The notes beneath the pieces were generated by a model, which saw nothing but the letters and a program-made list of their open reading frames with translations, did not search any database and had not been told where the DNA came from. A DNA stretch of 63,406 nucleotides, counting the filler, from Choristocarpus tenellus KU-1152 (lineage: Eukaryota; Protista; Phaeophyceae), in the NCBI GenBank assembly GCA_964200185.2. It is 9 parts of 9 records of this genome, joined end to end, with 100 filler letters (N's around TTAATTAATTAA, not from the genome) between each part and the next. Parts side by side here need not be neighbours in the genome. Positions count along the whole stretch, not along the records: positions 1 to 7,881 come from CAXNAD020005453.1; positions 7,982 to 17,431 come from CAXNAD020003664.1; 7 more parts are not named here. One strand, given 5' to 3'. The position numbers and the translations under genes were made by a program. This document shows, piece after piece, positions 1-10,922 of the stretch. The stretch's first letter is position 1. Each line of letters starts with the position of its first letter.

Positions 1-2353
1 TATGCCCAGAGCTTAGATGGGAGTATCGCAGCCAATAACTGTTCACAGGTATGTTGGAAGGGGGTGGGTATGGGTTCTGTGAATGCTGAAAGAGGATTGA
101 AGTTGCCCGTTTGACAGCACTTTTTTCTGATGTCAATTTATTATTTCTTGCTTACATTTCAAAGACTGCCGTATACCGTGATCCAGGTTGCACTTAGTGG
201 GCCGGTGAGCAGGATGATGACTCATGGGCTGCGTTCCGTTCACGACGCCATTCTGGTGGGGGCTGGAACAGTACGCCAGGACAACCCAAGGCACAGCTTA
301 AACTTGAGTTGTTGTCTGTCGTGGTGACGATATATCTGGCATCAGAATGAATATGATCTTGAGCAGTGAAATATACATGACATTGTGAGTCAGAACTCTC
401 CTGTTGATCTTTGAAGCGACAAATTTCGCGTGACCTTTACGTGCGTGCGGGGCGGTCCCCTTCAACATCCTCGCCAAACAACAGGCTGAACGTCCGCCAT
501 TGGCCACCGGCACAAAAGGATCCAACCGATAGCTCCGAATTTGCAGTAGCCACCACTAGTACCTCAGGGGATCTTACCCAGGAAGGAGGGAGACTGGACT
601 CTTCCCCGCAGGTAGTATTCTTGGCAAACAAGCTCAATGACTTTCCACAGGACCTTCGCGTTAGAAGGGCAATTGTGTTCACACCATGCAACTCAGCAGA
701 AGAATCAAGGTTTGTGGAGGGTTGGTGATGCTGTGTCTCCTTTACTTAGCCTGCATTTTTGGGGAGGTGCAAGTAGATGTTACAGAAATTTCTTCCTTTT
801 CAGAGCAAGTAAATGGTTGGGGATAACATGCATTGATCTTGTTTGCATCAGGTTCTGTTTGCATCAGGTTCTGTTTGCATCAGGTTCTGTTTGAATCAGG
901 TTCTGTTTGAATCAGTGCTCCAGCTGGTGTGCAAAATACTTTTTTCTTAGGGTTAGGGTTAGCTGGTGGTGTTATTTTGCTTTCATCTTGATTCATCGAG
1001 TGGATTTTGAGTTTTGACTAAATGTATCCTGAAGCTGCTTGCTTTCCTCATATCGAATGATCCTGGATCTGAACCAATTCCCACACTTCCCCCCCTCAGC
1101 TCACATTACTGTGCTGTTCGTACTCGAGCATGGTCCTATTTGTGTGTAAGGGGCAACAGTGCATGGGCTACAATTCCTGAACTGTTTACATGCATTGTTT
1201 GACATTAATTAATAATGGGCATCAAAATGACCTGTTGTAGGTTGGCTGTCAAGTGAACCTTCGTGGTGTGTCACCCAACCTGCTAAGATTGTTTGACTAA
1301 CATGTTCACACCGCAGTCACCATCAGTGGTGACAAATATTTGGAGTGTGATGCTTACACCATATTACGTGTAGTATACAAGAAACATACTATCGATTTAT
1401 ATTTTTGTTCATGGCATAGGATCTGGGCATTATTTCCTTTGCTGCATTGGTTGTTCAACTTGAGTCACTGTATGCAACCAGTGACCCTTCCCCCCCTTTT
1501 GTTATCTCTTACATACACGTTCTGTGTACTCCAATTGCACTACTTCATCAGTACAGAACTGTGACAACTTCAACAACTGTATCTTTTAACTGTGACCCAG
1601 ATGTACTGGAGGGAGATGTGAAGGTGGTGGTGAAGGTTCCATGCTCTCGGGCACAAGACATACAGTTGTTTATTGCAAGGCAGGGGAAGATGGGCGCTGC
1701 GACTTGGAGGACTGCCTGAGCAAACTTTATTCTATGGGCTTCAAGAGTCTCATGGTTGAGGTGTGATGTCCAACTTTTTCTTTGTTTGTAGTAAGAACAT
1801 TAAGAACAGTAGCATTAGCAACATTAGCAACATTAACACTTTTGTGTTGACAAAAGCATGGAGGAAAGCCTTGTGACCTTTGTAATCAGAATTGCCTTTA
1901 GGGCACCTGAGATAATTTAGGACTCCACATCTTGATGGAGATACATGCTGCACCTATACGGTTCAGGGTTAGGGATGATTGAATGTTGAAGGTTTGTCAC
2001 TCGGGTTCAGGGTTAGGGATGAAAAAGTCGTCTTCAAAGCTTGCACACAATTGTGTTTTCATGGTTGTGCTCAATTCAGGTGGCGTTCCTTTGGCTGCTG
2101 ATGTCTGTTGACTTATTCTCCACAAAGAGAAAATTCTAAGAAATTTCCTATCTGATTGAGTTGTTTCACCATCCCTTTGTTTGATATTTTCAACCCAAGG
2201 GTGGTGCATCAGTCATCACGTCCTTCCTCAGGGCGAAAGGGGGCAGCAATAGTGTTGGAGGTGGTTACAGCTTGGTTGACCGAGTCATTGTGACGGTGGC
2301 TCCTGTTTTCCAGAATGGCTACAATGTGCTGTCTGGAGGCGATTCTGTTGGAG
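1..2353 (+). CDS. RibD C-terminal / Rib7-like pyrimidine reductase (riboflavin-pathway family), spliced, 5' part outside window, last exon unresolved
   Basis: Exons 1-48, 187-290, 485-709, 1601-1760, 2200-2353 join in phase to YAQSLDGSIA..VALSG..MTHGLRSVHDAILVGAGTVRQDNPRLNVR..GRCDLEDCLSKLYSMGFKSLMVEGGASVITSFL..LVDRVIVTVAPVF. These are the RibD_C motifs (SLDG, DAILVGxGT, DNPxLxVR, VEGG). The intron 291-484 has a GC donor. Confidence 0.88.
841..915. repeat. 16-bp tandem repeat (GTTTGCATCAGGTTCT), ~4.7 copies, intronic
   Basis: Head-to-tail copies read directly. Confidence 0.9.
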
Positions 2354-4631
2354 GTGAATGGTCAATTGCTAGCTGTATAGTTCAACTTGTTACATTAACT
2401 TGTTTGCAGTTTGTTAATTGTTTTAGATGGATGATGATGGATGATGGATGATGTTAATTATTGCTCATGGATGAAGTTAAGGCTGTAGTGTTAACAGGGG
2501 TATTCCAATACGGAGTATTATGGTGGCTGATGTTTTTGTTCTGTTCCTCAGAATTACCGAGGGCTTGGAAAATGTACTGAGAATAGGGGTGTTGATGGTC
2601 ATGGGTGGTTAGTTTTCCATCCTAACCCCCTTTCACCTTCTTGTCAACTACCATCTACTTCCCTCCCTTTTCATGGGCTAGTTGATGGGACAGTCTATGT
2701 GAAAATCGTGTCATGCCTTTGTTTTCATCAATAGTGATTTTTTTGTCATTGATACAGGGATGTACCAAGACCATGACCTCTCTCTAGTTACAGTTTGCCT
2801 TCCTTGGTCTTATCTTTTGTGTTGTCTCTGTCTAAACGTAATCATCTTCAGCTTCCATACCATATTTCTTTGACATGCACCTATTTTATTATGGTATGGT
2901 GGACTGTTCAAGTTTCAAGTTTTTTTTTTTTAAATTGTCATGCGAGTGATAGTGACACTCTTGACTGCTCTGTTATTGAATGTTGACATAGCCTAGCATT
3001 GTGTCGGTTACTAAATTTGATCTCAAGAGTTGTCTTGCCTGTGGTCAATCACACCGTGCCTGTTGAAATATTTAATATAGAACTATACTGTGTCTCATTC
3101 AGTCAGAAGTGACTAGGCAGGCCTGTTGAAATATTTCCACATCATTTCACCATCCAATTCATTGTGGCAAATTACTCTTTCCAGGTTGTGTCTGTGATCA
3201 GTCCACTCTTCCTGATTCACAGGCAACTCGGTTAACTAGACTGACTCTATAACTTTCCACCAGAGTACCTACCGCCTTTTCTCAAGCTAAGAGGTGGTCG
3301 ATTTTGATTGAGTCATCCTGCCTGCCATAGAAAGGGTGTTGGTCAATTTTTACCTTTTTGATTACTTTCGCCTTTGAAAATAATTCTTCTAATAATTCTT
3401 CTGCAAGGCATCACATTCCCATGCCTGAGATAAAACTACTCCCTCTTTAGAGGAGTATATGACTATAAAAGAAATGACCAAGGTTTCCCCTTGTAAGTAC
3501 AAATTACAGTTCAGAGGGTTGCCAGCCAGTACATGTGCCATAAGGTAAACCAGTCACAGCTGTCCCAAATACTCAAAAGGCACCCCCTCCTCAAACATTG
3601 GATGCCTCACTGCTCAGTCATTTTTGCCCTCCCTACTTCTCTTAACACAATATGCCCCAATGTCTCCGAGGAAGTGGAGGGTGTCTTTGTCTTTGCTAAC
3701 CCTGGGCATGCTTCCATGCGTTTGTGCCTTTGAACGCCCATGGCATACATGGCTGTGCTCTCTTCCCTGACTAGAGTGCTATCCCTCAGAGTGTGGAAGT
3801 TAACCAGATGCTTACAATACCTGTCCTGCCATCCTGACAGGCTTTCCTGTATCTCTAGGTGGTGTGACCTGCACCAGACTGGGGGACGATTTGGTGATTA
3901 TTGGAAAACCCAGAGGATAGATATGCCCTACAGCAGATAGGCTGGTGGAGGAGGATGAGCACATGACCACAGGGTAGCACAAGGATTAGCAAGGGTTAGC
4001 AAGAAGTGATCTGGAAAGGAATGCTTAAATGCAATGAGGGTAGATAGTGGATATAGAGAAGAAGTATATTAGATGTCTAGGGTTTCATGTTTTTTTGATC
4101 AGGCGACTTGATGTGAGGAAAGGAGAAGATCAAATATAGACAAGTATGAATCTGACAATTGGTACAATGTATCGACTCTGTTGTGTTGTGTTGCGCTAGA
4201 TTGTGTTTTTTTTGCTAGGTGGAAGGAAGTATTTGTTAGGGTTAGGGCTACTGGGTACTTAACTAAGCTGAAAGAACAATGCTGGGCTTAGTTGAAGGAC
4301 TAAGTCAAGCTTTGCAATTGGGCAGGAGGAGCTTCCTTTGTTGTGATTGGTTAGTCTCTATTATGTCAGTAATGCCGTAACTCCATAAGAGATCGATCTT
4401 TGGTCAGTGTTCTTGGATTGTTAATGTCATGGATGTGCAACACTATTTGTTTCCACTTGAGCCATCATCTGCACCATGTACATATTTTTCCTCTTAGTGT
4501 TGGGATAGTTCAGGGCAATACAGAGGGTGAATAGGGATTGTTTGCACCAACCTTTTCTTCATGGTTCATTTTTTGGTAAACAATGAGGATGCTGACTCTT
4601 TATGACTGCAGACTGTGTGTGACCAGTGTCG

Positions 4632-4972
4632 TACAGCCTTCCTAAGTTTATGTTTTCTACAAGTAGATGAACTATACAGCCTTCTTAAGTTTATGTTTTC
4701 TACAAGTAGATGGACTATACAGCCTTCCTAAGTTTATGTTTTCTACAAGTAGATGGACTATACAGCCTTCCTAAGTTTATGTTTTCTACAAGTAGATGGA
4801 CTATACAGCCTTCTCAAGTTTATGTTTTCTACAAGTAGATGGACTATACAGCCTTCCTAAGTTTATGTTTTCTACAAGTAGATGGACTATACAGCCTTCT
4901 CAAGTTTATGTTTTCTACAAGTAGATGGACTATACAGCATTCCTAAGTTTATGTTTCCTACAAGTAGATGGA
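4632..4972. repeat. 43-bp minisatellite, ~8 copies
   Basis: Unit TACAGCCTTCCTAAGTTTATGTTTTCTACAAGTAGATGGACTA starts at 4632, 4675, 4718 and so on, with no spacers. Confidence 0.95.
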
Positions 4973-5419
4973 GTATCTGGGGCATTTTGTTCGCTGTTGT
5001 AGTCCTTGAGTTAGTTATTAGTTATTGTTGTCCTTTGCCTTGTGACCTGTTAGGGTTATGGAATTGTGCTGCAGCTCTTTTGGAGCTCCTGGTGTAGAAG
5101 GCGTTTCTTTTGCAACTCTTTGAAACAAGCCAAGCCACTTCTTCTTGAAAGGGTTACTACATTTTGAAGGTGTTGAAGCTATCTTGCCAATTGTTTCTTT
5201 TGAGCTATGACAATACACATTTCTCACCTTTGAGCATTGAAAACAACTGGTTGGAGAAAAATAACAGTTCCCACCTACTACTTTGAGTTGAGGTATCTAT
5301 GGTTCTGTCCAAGTTGAATTCACACGGAACTCCACAAATTTTGCATTGGATGGACCAGGTACTAAATGGTTGAGGACTAACAGTGTGTGAGGTTTGGCTG
5401 CTTAGTACTCTCAAGTATC

Positions 5420-5515
5420 TGATATATTTTTATTACTAGTTTTGATATATTTTTAATACTAGTTTTGATATATATTTTTTACTAGTTTTGATATATTTTT
5501 ATTACTAGTTTTGAT
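5420..5515. repeat. ~23-bp AT-rich tandem repeat, ~4 copies
   Basis: TACTAGTTTTGATATATTTT recurs head to tail. Confidence 0.85.
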
Positions 5516-6465
5516 AATGGGGCAAACACAGTACCAAAACTCCAATTATACTGGAATATGGATCAGAGATTGAGAGTAAAGTGTTAGCAGTTCTTGGTTG
5601 TTATTGGTAGTCAGACCCAATTTTATTTATTGCAGATGGGCACTAGATACACTGGTAGTCAGTTGGGCATATAGTGGCTGTTGCTTCTACTGGAATTGGT
5701 TCATCATCACACTTCAGACCCAGCCTGGTTTAGGTCTAATGACCGCATTCCCTTTTACAGTATGTAGTCTAGGGCATTCAGAACTAGATGTTGTAATTCC
5801 AGGTTAGCAGTGATCATCACCTTACCTTCTCCCACCTCATTACTTCATGATCAACTATCCTTAATGTTTTCATTACCACTCATATCCAGGACCTGGCTCT
5901 GCAACTTATGACTGTGGATACCACTAGCTGAAGGTTCTTCTGTGAGGGAATCATTCATGTCATGATCATTAGGTGTATCCACGAACAAGTGTGGTAAGAT
6001 ACTGGAGTTCCTCCAAAAGTATGGTGTCACCTGCTATCCAGGCCACCTCTGTGTTGAAATATAGGGAAAGGCAGGACTTGAGGTAGCAAGTCTCTCTTGT
6101 ATGGTCCCACCAATTCACAATCTCGGCAGTGAGATACTGGGAGTTTCTTTGACTCTGACTCCATGCATCATACTTTGTTCAAGTAACCATGATCTTCAGC
6201 ACACTCTTTAGAAGGTTGGTTGTGCATGTTACTGATCCACTGCTCAAAATAAAGTGAGCTGCACTTGTCCACAAGGGTAATCTTTACCTAAACTTTGTTG
6301 TCATCAATTATTCTTCCTTTTTGGCCAATACATCTCGACCACTCTTTATCTTATGTATATATATATTTAAACTGGCTCTTTTTTCTATATTTTTTCTTCC
6401 TGCTGCTTCTTGCACATACTTCACCAAAAGTACAGAACAATTATTCCGTTCACTACCTCACAGGT

Positions 6466-6646
6466 ATTAACTAACTACATTAACTAACTACATTAACTAA
6501 CTACATTAACTAACTACATTAACTAACTGCATTAACTAACTACATTAACTAACTACATTAACTAACTACATTAACTAACTGCATTAACTAACTACATTAA
6601 CTAACTACATTAACTAACTGCATTAACTAACTACATTAACTAACTA
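6466..6646. repeat. 13-bp minisatellite (ATTAACTAACTAC), ~14 copies
   Basis: Read directly, with occasional A>G variants. Confidence 0.95.
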
Positions 6647-7881
6647 TAATATCAGTGAAACGTGTACTAGAAGAACACTGGGCAACCCCCCTCCCTCCAG
6701 GAGATGCAATGGGTTCCCCCTGAGCCTTACCCCATCTTTTTCACCAACCAGATTTAGTCAGTTCAAATCTAGACTCTTACTTGAGGTGCGACCACCTGCC
6801 AATAGTGCCCCTACCCCTACCAGTAGGATGAAGGGGGAACCAATAGAATCCTGGGGTCCAGTTGATTGATGGAATAGAATAGACATTTGTTGAAAGCAAA
6901 TGGACAGGAATTTTCCAAGTCTCTTGGTGAGAGAAACTAAATCTGTACAATGCCGAAGTCTCTTGGTGAGAGGTGCCCAGGTCATGGCCATTTGTCATTT
7001 GTCATTTTGAGAGTCATTTGCAATCGTCTGCAATTCCCCCACATTTACATTTACATTTACATTTATATGGATGAAATTCTGAGTTTGAATTTAGAACATT
7101 ATTACTCTGTTGTTTCAAACTACTCCGACACAATATTCACAAAATATATATCCCATATTGTGAGAGCCATCTTCGACAGAAGGTATTCCCTGAAGGTGAC
7201 CTATCTTGAACATTATGATATTCATGTGACATTTGTTCTTGCATGTTGAAGGAAGGTAACATCTGCTTGAAGTAAGACTGGGTAGTTTGGAGTGACCTTA
7301 CCAAACCCCCCCTCTTCCAGTTACCACTTTTAACACTCTTTTCCTGAGTGATCTTCTGAGGGATTGCTCTCCCTCTTTGACTTGTCTCTCTTTCATCTCG
7401 CCTCCTGTGGGTGGGTCTTCCCGCTCCCCTTCATAACAAAGAACCTGTCTGTCGACTTGTTTCCATCTGTTTCACAATATGCCGATTTTTTTTTTTAAGA
7501 AGTCGAATTTTGCACATTTTTGTGAACATCCCATGAAATGCAACTCTGGATATGTTTTATTTTTCTTTGACCCACTGATAAAGGTGTTCTTTTTCAACGT
7601 TTGGAATTAGGGTAGGGGGGTTACTCCACCGAATGCAGTTACATAATTGAGCCCAAATATTATTAAAAATTTCGGGGAAAAACACTTCTGCAGGAAAAAA
7701 TAAAAAATGGTGCATTTTAGTTTTCAAAACACAAACCCACCTTCCTTCCAATATATATTTTTTACAATTTTTGGAACTTTTTTTTTTTTTTTTTTTTCTT
7801 TGTACCCTCCACCCTCTCTGTTGGGGACACGTGCCATCCATATCAATTCCCTTACAGTCTTTTGCCCCACTTGGTTGAACC

Positions 7882-7981
7882 NNNNNNNNNNNNNNNNNNN
7901 NNNNNNNNNNNNNNNNNNNNNNNNNTTAATTAATTAANNNNNNNNNNNNNNNNNNNNNNNNNNNNNNNNNNNNNNNNNNNN
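7882..7981. other. Artificial contig spacer N44-TTAATTAATTAA-N44 (also 17432-17531, 29399-29498, 33761-33860, 41540-41639, 45754-45853, 51735-51834, 58692-58791)
   Basis: The same 100-bp pattern occurs eight times, and the core has stops in all six frames. Confidence 0.98.
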
Positions 7982-8644
7982 GAGGGGGATGTGTGTGTGG
8001 TGTGTGTGTGGGGGGGGGTGGGGGTGGGGGGGAGTGGATTGGCCAGGGGGCATCATTTTGGTTTTTGGGTGATGGGTGCTTGTTTGTTCTATGTGTCGGG
8101 GTTCTTGTAAAGATTTGGAGTGCTGTCTCGTTGGCATTCCCTTCAGATGTGTCCGAGCCTCCTCTTTTTCTCATATTTGGTAATGTTTATGTCAGGGTTA
8201 GGGCCAGGGAGATGACTTTTGGGTGCGATAAGGCATGGCTGTTGTGTTTTGCAAAGACTATGTTGAGTGGTGATGAAAAGAAGTGCTGCAAAGTGAAAAA
8301 GAGAGGAATGCATTATGTGCTCTGTCAATACCACCCACCCTTAATACCGCCTTCCTACTCTTAATGTACTCTCCTGCTCTCCTGTGCTGCCCTGATGTCC
8401 CTGATGTCCCTATTCCTGTGGCATCATAACTAGACCCACTTTTGTTACCCAATGCAAGCCTCGTTCCCCCCTTGCCACAACTTCCTCGTGGTCCATTGCC
8501 CCCACTCCCCCCCCCCCCTCCTCCCCCATGACCTCCCTGTTTCCCTCTGTGACACTGAATGTTAATCGCAGTGTAATGTATTTTATTATTTTTCATGGTG
8601 CACCTAATGTTTGAGTGGGGTGCGCTTCTCTATCATGTGTACAG

Positions 8645-9388
8645 ATGAAAGCATGCAGCCTTGGCTGGGGCCAGAGTGGAGGTTAGATAGCTTGTACAGC
8701 CAGGAGGCATGGCTCCGGTCCATGTCGCTGGAGAAGGGGGTGCATGTGTGGGTAATGACCAGTTGGACAAAGGTATGATAGGAGGGGCTGGGAAATGGGA
8801 AAGTTTGGGTGGGGGTGGTGGCGGTTACAGGGATTATTTCCTAATCTGATGGATTGAGATTCTGGTATTGTATAGGAGTTGGGGATGACGAGAAAGAGTC
8901 TTCCATTTAATTCCAGTTCATTGTATAGGGGGGGGGGGGGGGGGGGTTGTACGGGAGTGGCAAGTGTTTAATTAAAATAGAAGGGTTTTGTTGGAGTTAA
9001 GATAGGACTATGAGAAAATTTAATGTCTCTTGTTAAGATACCTGCAAAATGCTAGTCACGATTCAGTCACGATTCAGTCGCGATTCATGAACGTAGCTTT
9101 GCATCTTAGGGTTAGGGATAGAAATTAGTTGGTTATTTGTTGATGTGATGCATGAATACTATCCTTTGTTCTGAACCCGTGAGATTACTGGATGGACTTT
9201 TTCTTTATTTACAGATAGGTACAGTTAGGGTTAGGGTTACTGATTTTACTTCCCCCCTCCCCCCACTCTCTCGTTGGTCCTCTCTCTCTTTTTTCCCATC
9301 ACTGAAGATTTGGTCTTGTTGTGGAGTACGGCTGGGTTCAGTAGTGGCTCCCACCAAGGAGCTCCAGAAGGAAGTCAAGGCAAAGCAG
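8645..9388 (+). CDS. Class I/II PLP-dependent aminotransferase (HisC/CobD-like), two internal exons
   Basis: Exons 8645-8772 (DESMQPWLGPEWRLDSL..HVWVMTSWTK) and 9308-9388 (IWSCCGVRLGSVVAP..) join to SWTKIWSCCGVRLG, the S-x-T-K..G-x-R-x-G PLP-lysine motif, preceded by the DE motif. Confidence 0.8.
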
Positions 9389-10922
9389 GTGAGGGAGGAG
9401 TCAGTGGTATGTGTGGTGTTTAGGTCTGGCGCATGATGTATTGTGTGTTCCGGTGTGTGGGCTTGGAGTAGGACAGCGTTGATTATATGTATGTGGGAAG
9501 GGGAGGGGGGTTGGGTGAGTTTGTATTTCTACTGAAGTGTCTTAACTGCTAAATGGTGATCGAAAACTGCTGCATTTTAGTGTGTGAAATAGAGACCTCC
9601 AGATGCATCACAATAGTGTGGATGGCGTCTTGAGCTTTCCGCTATGTCTCCATAATTGTTCTGATCGATCTGGGTCTAACTGTGGGGGAAAGTATGCTCC
9701 ATTTCATGTGCCCTCTTCTTATTGCGAAGGCGTTCTTGTCCACCTGTACTTTTGAGCTGGTGAGTGCAGATGTACTGTCTTTTTCACCCTTTTTATGCAA
9801 GGACCTGTAATCTCACCCTCAGAATCCCCCCCCCCCCCCCCCCCAGATACTTTGACCCAATGTTGTTCTATACCACACAAGGGACAGAGATCCATGCCAA
9901 GGCTTTTGTAATAGAAGTCATACTTCATGACAATTAAGACAACGATGAAGTTGATAGTGGTCAATAGGAAGGTGGTTGTTGTAAGCGGTACAGGCTCCAT
10001 TGTGGTGTTTGTTTTGTGTCCTCTTGATTGCTGTTTCTCTTATCTTGTTTTGAAACATGGCAACTCCTACAAAGTCTGTAGTGGGCATAAACTATTATTT
10101 GAAAATGGCAATGATATAGAAATCATGGTGTAACCTTGAAAATAAGAAGAATATAGATGATATTGTCGCAGTTGACCATTACGGGATGCAGTATTCATGT
10201 ACGAATTTCAACCTGTTGAATAGACTATGTTTGCGTCGCATTGGGCCAACAACACGCAACTTTCTGCAACCTCTCCTGACACCACCGCAGTATTTTGATT
10301 TGCTTAAATAAAGAGAGCCTGACCACCGACCATTATTGGTGTTGTAGATGCTTGAAATTGATCTAAGCTGAAATATAAAATGCTGTGTGACCGAAAGGAC
10401 TGGGAGCAATGGACTCTAATAGACATTATCTGAACAGGGAATCTCACCACCTCTTTGTCAAAACTGGGTGCCATCCTACACCACAAGGGAAAAAAAAAAA
10501 ACAACGTTAAACATTCTAGGGCTGATCTCTCCTAGACATGCTTCCAAATTTCAAGGTTGAAAGGAGCGATGTTCGTTGAGGACAAAAGAGTTAAACTAAC
10601 CTAGCACAGAAAAAACAAAAGAGTTCTCTATTGTCAACATACATCACATGTGAAAAGAATCGACCTCTAGCTGATGGCAAGTCGTAGAAAGACAGTACAT
10701 TTAGAGTAGCTTAGGTAGGAGAATGGGAAGTTGCGACCTTCTACATTGCTAAGGATTCAACATTTCCACTGCCGCGTTTTCCATTTGGGACTGTTGATTC
10801 GCCTCATCATCTCCACAACCTTGGTGCACGGAACTGACTTTTCAGTTGTACTGGTAGGATTTTAACTATCACTGCGAGAAAGGAAAATCCCGTATGTTGC
10901 TTGGTTCAATATATCTTCCCAG

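Noticed and set aside
4632-4972. CRISPR-like regular repeats
   Set aside because: The 43-bp units are head to tail with no unique spacers and no cas genes, in a eukaryotic context, so this is a minisatellite.
5870-6300. hAT transposase remnant (IVNWWDH on the minus strand)
   Set aside because: Only a WW motif is present, with no supporting SxxxERxFS motif.
7707-8174. ORFs ending in X..LIN and the repeated TTAATTAATTAA palindrome
   Set aside because: These come from the artificial contig spacer.
1-9388. Vitamin-biosynthesis cluster (RibD-like plus CobD/HisC-like)
   Set aside because: The two genes are on different contigs separated by a spacer, so linkage is unsupported.
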